In this document: positions 49,311 to 62,826 of the stretch, piece after piece
Numbering within the stretch: the first letter of the stretch is position 1
How the letters are laid out: the number at the start of each line of letters is the position of its first letter
Source of the DNA: Octopus sinensis
Lineage: Eukaryota
DNA: 64,000 nucleotides
NCBI RefSeq assembly: GCF_006345805.1
Contig: NC_042997.1
Coordinates: forward strand, 10,726,001-10,790,000
Direction: 5' to 3'
Notes under the pieces: model-generated
What the model saw: only the letters and a program-made list of their open reading frames with translations
Told to the model about the DNA's origin: nothing
Database searches by the model: none
Made by a program: the position numbers and the translations under genes

Positions 49311-51953
49311 GAATGTGTGTATGTATGTATGTATGTATGTATGTATGTATGTATGTATGTATGTATGTATGTATGTATGTGCATGCATGAATGCATATAT
49401 ACAAAAGTCCTACTTCAATTGAATTCGACTGAGCAAGGGATATTGTTCTTCTGCTGTTGTTTTGTTCCTAATCGAGCACACTTGGCCATTCCGTCATTTT
49501 TTATCATGCATATTATACACTTGATTATATTATGTAATGTGTCTTTTTTTCCCCCAACGTCTGTACGCTGTACACTGGGAGAAATTCAGATTTCTTTATC
49601 AAGCACACAATATTCGAATAAGCGTTGTATAATTTAAATATATTCAATCAACTAAATTTTGGGTATTTGCATCAGCAGTTTCTTTTTCATGAATGTCGCT
49701 ATGTACGCATTTATTCATGTAAGCATATACTAAATCATTATTACTATGAAGTTAACCCTATAATCAAAGTGCAATAATTGCTGATGCTGTATTTGGTGGG
49801 TATAGATGTGTGTATTTTCACTGGTATTTGATGTGACACTCACATCAGACAGACCAGTAACACCTAAAATATTACCAATTTCTGTTCTCTTTACTAATAT
49901 CTGGCTTTCTAAGCAAGATTTAATGAAATGTTTTAATCGTACGTCTACCCCTTTTTTATAAGAAATTATTCAGTCTTTAAATCTCGTTTGTACGTGGGAT
50001 GAATTCATCTGGAACAACTCTCCTTAAAGATAATATTCTTGATGTTCGTTACTATAGATTTATGCATTAGAAAACAATAGCACTTCGCTGATATTTAGAG
50101 GAAGTTGCTTATTATATGCTAATTCATGTATAGTACGCTATTGATGTACAAATATCCAGTAAATTGGTCAGTCGCTTCTTTGTTTTGTTTTTTGTTTTAT
50201 TTTAGGATTTTTTTCTTTCTTCTTCAAAGGAACAACTTTCCTCTAGTGACCAATTAATAATCAAAAGTTTTGTACCAATACTGGTACATCAAATGTCTTG
50301 CAAGATATTGATTAAAAGTATGAGACTATTACCGATTGCTTTATCATGGGGTAATTACACAAGTTTTTTATTCAAGGTATTATCGAAGGATATATTTTCA
50401 TCTACCATGGTCATTTAATTAATTTAGCCTACTTAAGAATATATTTCCAGCGTTTCTCTAAAATATGTTTTAATTATATTCTCTGGAGAGTCATAAATTA
50501 TACTAAAGAAATTATATCCTCTAGAGGGTTATAAATTATTTTAAAGAACGGCTAGATATATATTTTTACATAGAACTAATTCCTATGCTTTGTACTGTTA
50601 TACATAAATTTCCTTAGAACGATTTAATGATATTCACTCTCCGAAACAAATATTGCGGGAAGGAACATCAGTTATTTTCTTCTTCATTCATTTTTCTTTC
50701 CTTCTTTTTTTTTTCTTTAGTCGAGTTTACATATTTCTCTCAATTTATCAGAACATACAAGAATTTATCATATCAATTATATTCGATGTCATTTGAGTAT
50801 GCTGCTATTATGCCAATGTTTTGTATAATAACAAGTATATATGAGAATATTAACCCCCACCCTCTGACTATATTTCTAATGAAACACATATTCTGCCTGT
50901 TGCACTTAATTTGAAAATAATCAGGTATATGGAGGGATTTAATACAATATGTAATAATTTTTTTTCATCATGCTTTTTGAAACATATTTTAATACAAAAG
51001 TTCTTGCATACATTTATTATGGGAGATATAAATTTATATGAATATATTAATCCTTTAAAACTGAGGATTTTGTATGGTGCAAGTAGAGATGTTGATATCA
51101 GAAGGTATAACTTGGCTACATAGTTCTCTCTCTATCGCTATCCCTCTATCTATCTATCTCTATATCTCTCTCTATCTCTTTCTATCTCTCTCTTCATATA
51201 AAAATACCATGAACAATTATAGATAATGGAGGAGAAAAAGATGTTGAATCAAAATTAGATTTAATACAAAATAGGATTCAATACATACGCGCGTTTCAAA
51301 GGACAATACAAATATGTAAAAAAATATAGCCATAGTAATTATAATTAAATTTATGCATTCTCATTTTCATCAGTGTGAAGAATTTTTTTAAGGACATCAA
51401 AAAAGGTTTACTAAAATAAAGTAAATTAAAATAAGATACAATAAGGGAGAATACAAGTGGGGTAATAGAGGGAAAATCGGATTTTTGAAAGCAAGTTTTA
51501 AAAGGGGATAAAATAACAGTAATAATAATAGTAAGAAAGACGAAAGGGGAAAAAGACAGACATATCGATGTGTATACATATGTGCGGTAAACTTTAACAT
51601 AAAAATAAGAATGAAAACCTAACGGGTATGTTTTAAAAAATGGTAACAGGTCGATACAAAGTATAATAAACAGGGCCACATGTGTATAGTAGAATATAAC
51701 GTAACAGGTGGACTAATAGAAAAAACATAGAGAGTTATACATATACATATTAATATTGAAAAACGAAAAAATACATGTATATATATTGAACACGAGGCTA
51801 AAAAGTGATAGGCAAGACTATGTTTGAAAAAAGCTACAATATGCATGTGTATATATATATATATATAAATTAATAATAAAATAGTAGGGAATAAATCCAA
51901 ACTTACAGGGAAAAATCAGATTTAGGATTGAATCCAATTTTATAGTAAAATAT

Positions 51954-52240
51954 TATATTATATTAAATTAGAGATAAAACCACTATTAGGCAAATCAAAC
52001 AAAGAAAAACTTAAGCCAATACATAAAATTATTTAATTTATATTATTTTAAATATATATCAAAAGTATTAAAAGATTAATCATTATCTTTTATTAATCTT
52101 TTAATACTTTTGATATATATTTAAAATACTTTTGATATATATTTAAAATAATATAAATTAATTAATTTTATGTATTGGCTTAAGTTTTTCATTGTTTGAT
52201 TTGCCTAATAGTGGTTTTATCTCTAATTTAATATAATATA
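51954..52240. repeat. Near-perfect AT-rich palindrome (127 bp left arm, 11 nt spacer)
   Basis: 51954-52080 pairs with 52092-52240; I count two mismatches plus a 22 bp tandem duplication (TACTTTTGATATATATTTAAAA x2) in the right arm. Confidence 0.92.
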
Positions 52241-52544
52241 TATATATATATGCGTATATGTGTGTGTGCGTGTCTGTATGTGTGTGTGTGTGCTTGTGTG
52301 TAACCAAATAATAACAGATGGATGTAATTCACTCACCACAGCTGCTTCATCATGCAGGAAGAAAACCGTTTCAAAACATCTTAATTTGCCAGCAACTGCC
52401 ATTACATGACTCTCCGACATGTGTGCGCGTGTATGTGTGTGCGCGTGTATGTGTGTGCGCGTGTATGTGTGTGTATGTGTGTGCGCGTGTATGTGTGTGC
52501 GTGTGTATGTGTGTGTGCGTGTGGGGGTGTATTCTTTTATTTTT

Positions 52545-52965
52545 TTACTTGTTTCAGTCATTTGACTGCGACCATGCTGGAGCACCGCCTTAAAGGGTTT
52601 TAGTCGAACAAATCGACCCCAAGATTTATTTTTTAAAGCCTAGTACTTATTCTATCGGTCTCTTTTGCCGAGTCGCTAGATATGAGGACGTTAACATATC
52701 AACACCGGTTATCAAGTGGTAATGAGAGACAAGCAGATACACAAAAACGCACACAAACACACACATATATACATATATAATATACACACACATATATACA
52801 TATACACACATATATACATATATAATTCAGTTTTCGTCAACCAAATCCACTCACAAGGCTTTAGGTTATAGTAGAAGACACTTGCCCAAGATGCTACGCA
52901 GTGGTACTGAACCCTGAATCATGAGTCTGGGAAGCAAGCTTCTTACCTCACAGCCACGCCAGCAC
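52545..52965 (-). mobile_element. Family B SINE
   Basis: Tail, internal CA/TA tract and head all present. Confidence 0.88.
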
Positions 52966-53194
52966 CTATGTACGTATGTATGCATGTACCTGTCGGTTCT
53001 CAATGCTGAGTATCGGAAGTTGTTTAGGAGCCATATTTGTAATTTTTTCGTTTCTGTAGTGAAAATAGTTCACTTTTTTTAGACCACAATTCTTAGACGC
53101 ATTAATATCACAATTTCTCATTTAAGATATCGAAAGTTTTATGTTTACGTGGTGGGAATAAGTACAATAACCAGCTTCAGTGTGTGTTATATAC

Positions 53195-53860
<666 letters not shown>

Positions 53861-54029
53861 TATAATACACACACATACACACACACACACACACACACAT
53901 ACACACATATGCAGAGACATACATATACATGCAGACATACATACACATAGGGAGAATGCACAACCTGGCACAAGTATCTATGTATTACGTAAAACTCTCT
54001 AAAATAGGCATTAATTCATTGTAGAATTT

Positions 54030-54340
54030 GCATAGCCTCGGGCCGACCAAAGCCTTGTGAGTGGATTTGGTAGACGGAAATTGAAAGAAGCCCGTCGTAT
54101 ATATGTATATGTATATGTGTGTGTGTTTGTGTGTGTTTGCCCCCCCCCCCAATCGCTTGACAACCGATGCTGGTGTGTTTATGTCCCCGTAACTTAGCGG
54201 TTCGGCAAAAGAGACCGATAGAATAAGTACTAAGCTTACAAAGAATAAGTCCTGGGGTCGATTTGCTCGACTAAACGTGGTGCTCCAGTATGGCCGCAGT
54301 CAAATGACTGAAACAAGTAAAAGAGTAAAAGAGTAAAGAC
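54030..54340 (+). mobile_element. Family B SINE, 5'-truncated, plus strand
   Basis: ATAGCCTCGGGCCGACCAAAGCCTTGTGAGTGGATTTGG ... GAAACAAGTAAAAGAGTAAAAGAG tail. Confidence 0.9.
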
Positions 54341-54369
54341 TCTGGGTAATTGTTCAGTTTAATTATATG

Positions 54370-54555
54370 AATAAAAATTAAGGGGGAGATATGTAATAAA
54401 AGGAGCAAAGGGACATTGGGTATTCGGTGGCATAGAGAGAGCCTGAAAGAAGTGATTTTTGGTCGACGCACCTGACCGCACAGAAGAAATTTTAACTGAG
54501 CTGATACAAAGGTGGATTTTGCCTGGATCTCACATAGTCAGCGATGGATGGCGAG

Positions 54556-54600
<45 letters not shown>

Positions 54601-54890
54601 TGTGTGTTTATGTTCAGTTATAATGAAAATAACCTCAGTGGTGTTCCCTACACGCACTAGGTGATTATACACCAACAATATTTTGTTGATCTTCATGATC
54701 AAGACGTCCACACACACAAAATGTGGAAAATATGTGGATGCGGTTGAAACGGAAATTGAGACGACACATTGAATGAATTGTTTGTTTCATACCTGCATGA
54801 GTTTCTCTGGCATAATTCCACTGAGAAAAAAAAAAAAAGACGTGTTCACTTTCTGACGGCGATCGCCAGTCTTTATGCCGTATAAAAAGC
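54370..54890 (+). mobile_element. Merlin (IS1595/ISXO2-like DDE) transposase remnant split by (TG)n
   Basis: HWVFGGIER, FLVDAPDRTEEIL.ELIQRWILPGSHIVSDGWRA, H.Q.FVD..D.DVHTQ, ENMWMRLKRKLRR, SYLHEFLW. Confidence 0.85.
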
Positions 54891-56019
54891 TGCTTCTTTT
54901 ACTATTAACCTCCTCTTAATTTTATTTACTTTTTTTTCAAATTACTAAGACTTTGTTATAGTTTGTTCTATAATCAGTAAAATAATCCTTGATACATTTA
55001 AAAAAGATGAAAATGAAATTGGAAAAGAGATGAGACTGTCAAGGAAAAATGTTCATAATCTTCACTTGAGTGAATTTGAAAATAAATGCTCTGATGGAAA
55101 TTAATGAATTATATTTTACCAAAATGAAGAGTTGAGTTTTGCTATATTGTTGTTTCATTATATTCATGTATAGACGTCTTAAGTGTTTCTAGTATCCTTT
55201 TCCTAGCAATTAAAAAGAAACTTAAATACATTTTAATTTAAAATGAGTAATAAATGTCTCACATCACTGTAGAATTTTTTAAATTTTTTTGCTGACACAA
55301 CTGTCAGCAAATAGACCCTTTTCGTTTATCTCGGCTAATATTTGTATATTTTCTTGACACCCTTGATAATGCAACATACAATTGATTATGAGCGAAGAAG
55401 TGTGTTGGGAGATGACATCATTGACTAAATATTGTTATGGTGCATGACCGCAATCTAACACAATTTGAAACTTTAATTCTATTAGACAGGGATTATTGTT
55501 TTTGCACTACGTAATACTTTTTAAAATAATCTTCTCACTTGTTTTGTTGTGGGTTTTTTTTTCGCTTTATTACATTTTTACTCGAAGAAAAGCTATTTGT
55601 TTACATTTGGAATTCAAACAGAAGTTGACATTTAAAACAAAAGTGAATCTTGTAATATTAAGCTACCTCCAATATAATTCATAGTTTAAAAATTTTTTTA
55701 ATATTCATTTATAATTCCTTCAAAGTAATTTGCTTTTTTTTAATAACGTGGGGGAAGAAATAAACTAGACACAGTCCTGTACTTCTTCAATCATTATAAT
55801 ATAGATTTCAAGCCAACAAAATCTTTCGGCTGATAATATAGATTTGACGGTTAAAATAGTGGAAGACGTCAATGCATGATACATATTTACAGCCAAATAG
55901 ACTGAGTCACGAAATTTGTGCTTTGGCCACGAATTCTTTGGCCACGAATTCTTTATTAAGGAATTCAAATTCGTTACCGGTACTTTGTTGTATTTCTGAG
56001 CACAGCAACACTTGCTTGA

Positions 56020-56048
56020 ACCTGCCTGTCAGTGTGTTGTTGTTGTTG

Positions 56049-56079
<31 letters not shown>

Positions 56080-56155
56080 GCTGCTGCTGCTGCTGCTGTT
56101 GTTGTTGTTGTTCTTGTTCTTGTTCTTGTTCTTGTTGTTCTTGTTCATGTTGTTG
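56020..56155. repeat. (TTG/CTG/TTCTTG)n array
   Basis: Visible array. Confidence 0.92.
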
Positions 56156-57224
56156 TTAAGAGTTAGGTCAGCTCAACGGAATAGACCTACAATCAAAGGC
56201 ATTTTAATTCTGGCTGCCTTGTCCTTCCCTCAGGTATTCCATTTTGTCTCTCTCTCTCTTTTCACAGCGGTTAAATTTGATTTGAGGGAAATTTGGCTGT
56301 TATTTCTAGCAGGTCGTACACCCATGTTTATGATCCCTTCTTTACGTGCTGTTGGTGGCAGTGGAGGAGGTAGTCGCTATTCTTTCAACTACTGCCGGTA
56401 TTGGTGCTGATAGGGTTACCCTTGGTGCTACTGATATCAATATCAACTGCGGGCGTGGTTTTGATGCTTTTGAGTTTTTTTGGATCTGTTGTTGCGGTTG
56501 TTACAGCTGATGCTTCGAGCGATCTTCATATAAACAGCTCCACTATTATTGCAATTACCGCAGCTACCATGACGATGCCTCCTCAACGCCCCTCAACAGT
56601 GATGAAGGAACAATCAACGTTCTTCACGCCATCATTCATTTCTTCGCCTTTCACTATTATTTTTTCCCTTGTAGAAGAGGAAAAAAAAACAGGGTAACTA
56701 TCTTTGATACTTCGCTTTCATTGCTGCTATTTAAATAGCATTACTTAAAAAGATTTCCTCAAGATAGGTATTTCGCTCCTCACAAATCACAAGCACTCTC
56801 GGCTCCTTATCTCCAAATGCAAGCTTTGATGCACATGCTCAGACGTTCAAAATTACATATAATCTCTCTATATTAGAGTCTACGTCCCTTTTTTAGAGGG
56901 CTGGGCTCTATTATAGACAGAGAAAGATAGGGAGTTCATCTTATTAACTGGCTTTACACCTACACATAATTTACTACTGTGTTTTTCCTCTCAGTCTGAC
57001 TGTCTGTCTTCACTTCTTTCTTTTCACATATATAGCCAGTTAGCTAGCTATATGCCTATCTTACATTATATATTTTCATACAAAAATTTATCTCTATCGA
57101 TACAGCATACTTAATGTATGTGTATAGTTGAAACGCTAGAAGTTGGTGCCTTCATCAGGAAAAAAAAAACTCTTTATAAACGTATTGTTTTATATATAGA
57201 TATATATAGATAGATGTATATATA

Positions 57225-57570
57225 CTCTTTACTCTCTCTTTTACTTGTTTCAATCATTTGACTTCAGCCATGCTGGAGCACCACCTTTTAGTCGAGCAAA
57301 TCGACCCCAGGACTTATTCTTTGGAAGCCTAGTACTTATTCTATCGGTCTGTTTTGCCGAACCGCTAAGTTACGGGGACGTAAATACACCACCATCGGTT
57401 GTCAAGTGATGTTGGAGGGGACAAACCCAGACACACAAACACACACAAATACACACATTTCTACATATATACGACGGGCTTCTTTCAGTTTCCGTCTAGC
57501 AAATCCACTCACAAGGCTTTGGTCGGCCCGAAGCTATAGTAGAAGACACTTGCCCAAGGTGCCACGTGTG
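57225..57570 (-). mobile_element. Family B SINE, head truncated
   Basis: Well-conserved tail and body up to GACACTTGCCCAAGGTGCCACG. Confidence 0.9.
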
Positions 57571-58529
57571 TGTGTGTATACACGCACACATGCACACATG
57601 CACACACACACACACACATATATACACACACGCTTCAGAGATAGGCAAGATGAAATTAATCTAGAAATGACCGCGTGAGCGATAGATACGAATTTCGGCT
57701 TTGTTACGTATTCGTGTCACTTCCGAAACAGAATGGAATCAGCAAGAGTGAAGTATATACAGGTAGTATATAAACTATACACTGGCTGGCAAAGGCACCG
57801 AATATGCAGAATAGATTCGAATTATGCAATAGAAGCAACTCTAAAGTAAAAATTTCTATCAACAGAACATAATTAATGTGTGTAGTTGTGTATGTATGTC
57901 ATTTTAATGGCTACTGCGATAGTGACAATATAGGAACAAAGATTGATAGAATTGGATTTGTAAGATTGATACAAAGCTAGAAATTCTAGATCAGGAAATA
58001 CACGACTATATCGATTCCCAGTTCTTGAGAGAAAATGCATTTTATCAACATTCGAAAGGTGAAAGCCATTAGCTAGCCCGGTGGGATTTGAACTCCCAGC
58101 GTAGACATAACTAAATACAGTAAGGTATCTTTTCCAGAATTCTGTCGCTTTTACTATCTACTGCTTTAATCACTGTTTAATGTTCTTTCTTTTTATTTTT
58201 TCTTGGCTGTCCATCAAGGTTGATGGCGTTTTTACTGGCGAACTGACAGATGACTACTCAATCTAATTCTTGATCCAGGCAGGCAGGGTAGGGAAAATAC
58301 CCAACAGAGAACACAATCCGCATTATGCACACAACACACCATACAAACACTAATACAAAAAAAGATTGCGAAGAGACCCCCATAACAAAAACAAACTGGC
58401 GCAATATAACACCGGGAAGAGTTTGCACTCCTCCAACAACAAAAAAGAACACACAATGCTACACACACCCCAAGCACCACAGAATGTAGCAGGTGATGCA
58501 GTAGAAATTTGCCTGAAACTACCAAATGT

Positions 58530-58920
<391 letters not shown>

Positions 58921-59475
58921 GCCCTGATGCAGTACCAGACAGTGGCTCTCTTGGCTTCTCATCTTAACTAACTGAAAGTGTTATCATGTACATTGTTTTG
59001 TCTTGGTATAAAAGATGTGCTACGGTAAGTATTCTACTCACTACCATAAATGTGCTTGTCAGTTATTTGACTTTCACCATTTGAGCATGTCCCTTAGTGA
59101 CTGATGATATGCGTATCTCTGATCACGCGCAGAAATAGTGGGGGAACATCATAACCATGTGTTAAGAAGAATTCTTTGGAGTTTGGATAATTCACCTCTG
59201 GAAACATGGGTGTTTCAATCAACATCCTTAAGCAATCCTTATTCACGTAGCTTTTGAACGGGATGGGCTACTCACCCTGAAGAAAATTCTAACTGGGCCC
59301 TACGTGCAAGGTCATGCGCTGTTTATCTTGATATTAGGTCACCTTGTTTCGCACACATGGTTGTGATGCATGTGCCTGATGTACCCTTCTCAGACGGTTA
59401 GTCATGATGGGTATAATGGACTTCTTATATTTTACCCCAGTGTCACTTTGATGGCATGCACTGCTCTCTCACTCA
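58921..59475. mobile_element. ~555 bp non-coding interspersed repeat embedded in (AAT)n; possible non-autonomous Dong/R4 partner
   Basis: Complex sequence sharply bounded by (AAT)n on both sides; recalled as a common Octopus repeat; no informative ORF. Confidence 0.6.
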
Positions 59476-59648
59476 ATAATAATAATAATAATAATAATAA
59501 TAAGAAGAAGAAGAAGAGAAGAAGAAGAAGAGAAGAAGAAGAAGAAGAAGAAGAAGAAGAAAGAAGAAGAAGAAGAAGAAGAAGAAGAAGAAGAAGAGAA
59601 GAAGAAGAAGAAGAAGAAGAGAAGAAGAAGAAGAAGAAGAAGAAGAAG
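59476..59648. repeat. (AAT)n(AAG)n microsatellite
   Basis: Visible array. Confidence 0.95.
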
Positions 59649-59800
59649 AATGTTCACTGGAGCCTATGTGAAAAGCACGACCTGAACAGGGCATGGAAAT
59701 GGTACTGACATGAACTAGGAGTCACCGAGAACGAAGAACATAAGATACTGTGAGATTTTACAATCCAATGTGACACCCTAATCGAGGCTCGGAAACCAGG
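59649..59800 (+). mobile_element. R4/Dong-clade endonuclease-region fragment
   Basis: NVHWSLCEKHDL...KWY.HE.GV.ENEEHKIL.DFTIQCD.LIEARKP aligns by eye with HWIMCRHY..KWYKQHPEAVTEGENVTIL.DY at ~12.4-12.5 kb. Confidence 0.75.
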
Positions 59801-59954
59801 TGGGGGAGGGGAGGAGGACGACGAGGAGGACGACGAGGAGAAGGCAGACGAGGAGGAGGAGGACGACGAGGACGAGGACGAGGACGACGACGAGGAGGAG
59901 GAGGAGGAAGACGAGGAGGAGGAGGAGGAGGTGGATATTTCTAAGATAGATACA

Positions 59955-60375
59955 AAGCCTGAAAATTTAGAGGAGGGGCACAGTCGGTTACATCGAACCT
60001 AATGCTCAACTAGTGCTTATTTTATCGCCCCTGAAAGAATAGAAAGCAAAGTCGACCTCAGCAGAATTTGAACTTAGAATTTAAAGAGCCAGGAAAAATG
60101 CTGCCAGGCATTTTGCCGATTTCTACCAGCTCACTGCCTTAACAACAACAAACACAACAACAACGACGACGACGATGATGATGATGATGACGATGGTGAC
60201 TTTTTTCCCTATAGGCACAAGGTCTGAGTTTTGGGGTGGGGAGCAGTTGAATTTCATCGACCCCAGTACTTGACTGGTACTTATCGATCCCAGAAAGACG
60301 GAAAGCATAAAGTCAGACGAAATACTGCTAAGCATTTTGTCCAGTGTGCTGACGACTCCATAGGCTCGCCGCCTT
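59955..60375 (-). mobile_element. Two family A SINEs (~59955-60140, ~60205-60375)
   Basis: Reverse-complement family A core and head blocks. Confidence 0.78.
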
Positions 60376-61033
60376 AATAATAATGATGATGATAATAATA
60401 ATAATGAGAAAAAGAAGAAGGAGAAGGAGGAGGTGGGAGGAGGAGGAGGCAAGATCAATGTCATAAAATATTCCTTTTATGATAGTTTTGAATTTGCTTA
60501 TACGGATTGAATATCAAACGGGCTTCATAGGACACGCGGTATTCATCGTAATGAAGAGAATTGGATACAATTCGGAATTACAAATTGTGAAGTATAGAGT
60601 CTTCATAATGAAATAAGAGAAAATAATGATTTAAAGGGAAATACATAAAAGTAATTGAATGAGATTACCAAATAAGGTAGTCGTAACAGAGATAACCAAA
60701 GATGAACCTAAATATCAACCAATAGAAAATATAATCAACACTAACATCGACCACAACTAAAACAATATATTCATAATTGAACCAGCAAGAACAATCATTA
60801 AGACCAACATCGAATACAATCATATTAAACACAGCCGACACGAGTTAACTTACATAAAGAAAATGGACGCTAATCAACACTAGCTAATTGGCATCGAAAA
60901 CAGGAATAAAGTCCAGCTAACACCAATTCCCTTCATTGTCGGCCAACGCAAATAGGTACCAAGAAGCACCAGGGGCCAAAGAAAGAACTCCTATGCGACC
61001 GCTGAACGTCCAAGGAACAAGTCAAACCATACC

Positions 61034-61267
61034 TATTTCTTTATTACCCACAAGGGGCTAAACACAGAGGGGACAAACAAGGACAGACATAGGTATTAAG
61101 TCGATTACATCGACCCCAGTGTGTAACTGGTACTTAATTTATCGACCCCGAAAGGATGAAAGGCAAAGTCGACCTCGGTGGAATTTGAACTCAGAACGTA
61201 AAGACAGACGAAATACCGCTAAGCATTTCGTCCGGCGCGCTAACGTTTCTGCCAGCTCGCCGCCTTT
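61034..61267 (-). mobile_element. Young full-length family A SINE with 15 bp target-site duplication
   Basis: AAGTCAAACCATACC at 61019-61033 and 61268-61282; nearly identical to the first unit at 21242. Confidence 0.95.
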
Positions 61268-61636
61268 AAGTCAAACCATACCCTTCCATGTTAATAGAAC
61301 ACGTTAAGTTGTTTTCTGGAGGTACAATTTTGGGAAAAAACGCAGTATGATTATAAATGGAAAAGCTTGTTGCAAATCTCCTCGATCAGTTTCGTCTTCC
61401 GTTAAACTATCAAGAACAATAGAAACTCTTATAGAACTAAAAACTTTCACCACATACATGACATTTACATTACGATGATTGGGGAAATGACGCTTCAACC
61501 TCAATACAGCTCACCTAAAAACTAATATAACACCTCAATGCCAAAAGCCTGGCTAGATTCACACACAAGCACGCACATATATATACACACATACACATAT
61601 ATACATATATACATACATACACATATATATATTATA

Positions 61637-61678
<42 letters not shown>

Positions 61679-61946
61679 TATATATATATAAACGTTATCA
61701 ATACCACATACTATATGGATTTTGTTCAGGCATTCCTTACCTGCGGGATAGCGCCAGGGGAAATGTCCCTATAAGAGGCCAAGTGTTAAAAAGCACTACC
61801 TCAAACCAGGCGAGAAAACTCGCCTCGTAAGTGAGCAAAAACGGTAGATATCAATATTTCGCTGTATTTTGCAACTCCTCAGTATCATACGCTCGAGTCA
61901 CCTCGAAACAAATTGCGATATGCAAATAGTGTAGAGTCTATTTGCT

Positions 61947-62030
61947 GATGTGCAGCAGTGCTGCACAGGGGAAACAAAATTAAATTATGAATTTTAATGT
62001 TATTTTCCCTGTGCAGCGCTGTTGCACATC
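61947..62030 (+). other. 84 nt hairpin, pre-miRNA-sized candidate structured RNA
   Basis: 28 uninterrupted pairs (3 G-U) extending to 38 with 2 mismatches; 8 nt loop. Confidence 0.35.
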
Positions 62031-62529
62031 CCAAAAATTAATAAACAAAATTCACACGGCAACATAATAATACAACACCAGTTACGCAACTGAAATAGCC
62101 AATCTAATGAAAACTAGAGATAGCCTCAAACATAAAACCCCATTAACATACGCAGCAGAATTAAAACTCAGTTTCAAGAAAATTAAACAAGGGAATAACA
62201 AAGAAAACGAGGCATGAAAAATCATCAGTTGCAGGATATGAGCTAAGAGTGAAAAGGAATAAAACCAAATACCTTTAATAATTCACTCCAATATTCTTAT
62301 GTTTCTATATGTCACCTTCCACCTTCTCTATCCGTTATGAGAATGAATCATTTATGTGGCACAAAGCCAATAATCTGAAGAGCGCTATGTCGACTGAACT
62401 GAATCCGCTATATAGCTGATGTAATTTATTGGATAGGATAGGATTTGAATTCAGAACATCGAAGGCTAAATATTTTAAACCTTCAGTACAACTATCAACT
62501 ATTTATATCACATCCCGTCTTTTACCGGT

Positions 62530-62750
62530 ATCATAATAAATTGTTTCTAACAAAGGCACAAGGCCTACAAATTTGGAGATCGGCATTAGCCAATTGTATC
62601 GGCTCTAATATTTGACTGAGACTTTATTTTACCCATTCTGAAAGGCAAAACTAACCTCGACGAAATTTAAACTCAGATCGTAAAGAGCCGAAACAAATAC
62701 AGTAATTCATTTTGTCCGACATTCTCAAGATTCAGCCAACTCGCTGCCAT
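62530..62750 (-). mobile_element. Old family A SINE
   Basis: Degenerate reverse-complement core (GAAATTTAAACTCAGA.CGTAAAG ... CAGCCAACTCGC). Confidence 0.7.
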
Positions 62751-62762
62751 ATATTAAAATAA

Positions 62763-62826
<64 letters not shown>

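Noticed and set aside
56401-56697. 98 aa ORF with signal-peptide-like N-terminus
   Set aside because: Decayed trinucleotide low-complexity sequence next to the (TTG)n array.
61733-61780. U1 snRNA (CTTACCTG 5' end)
   Set aside because: Only the 8-mer matches; no U1 stem-loops or Sm site. It is simply the complement of a splice donor.
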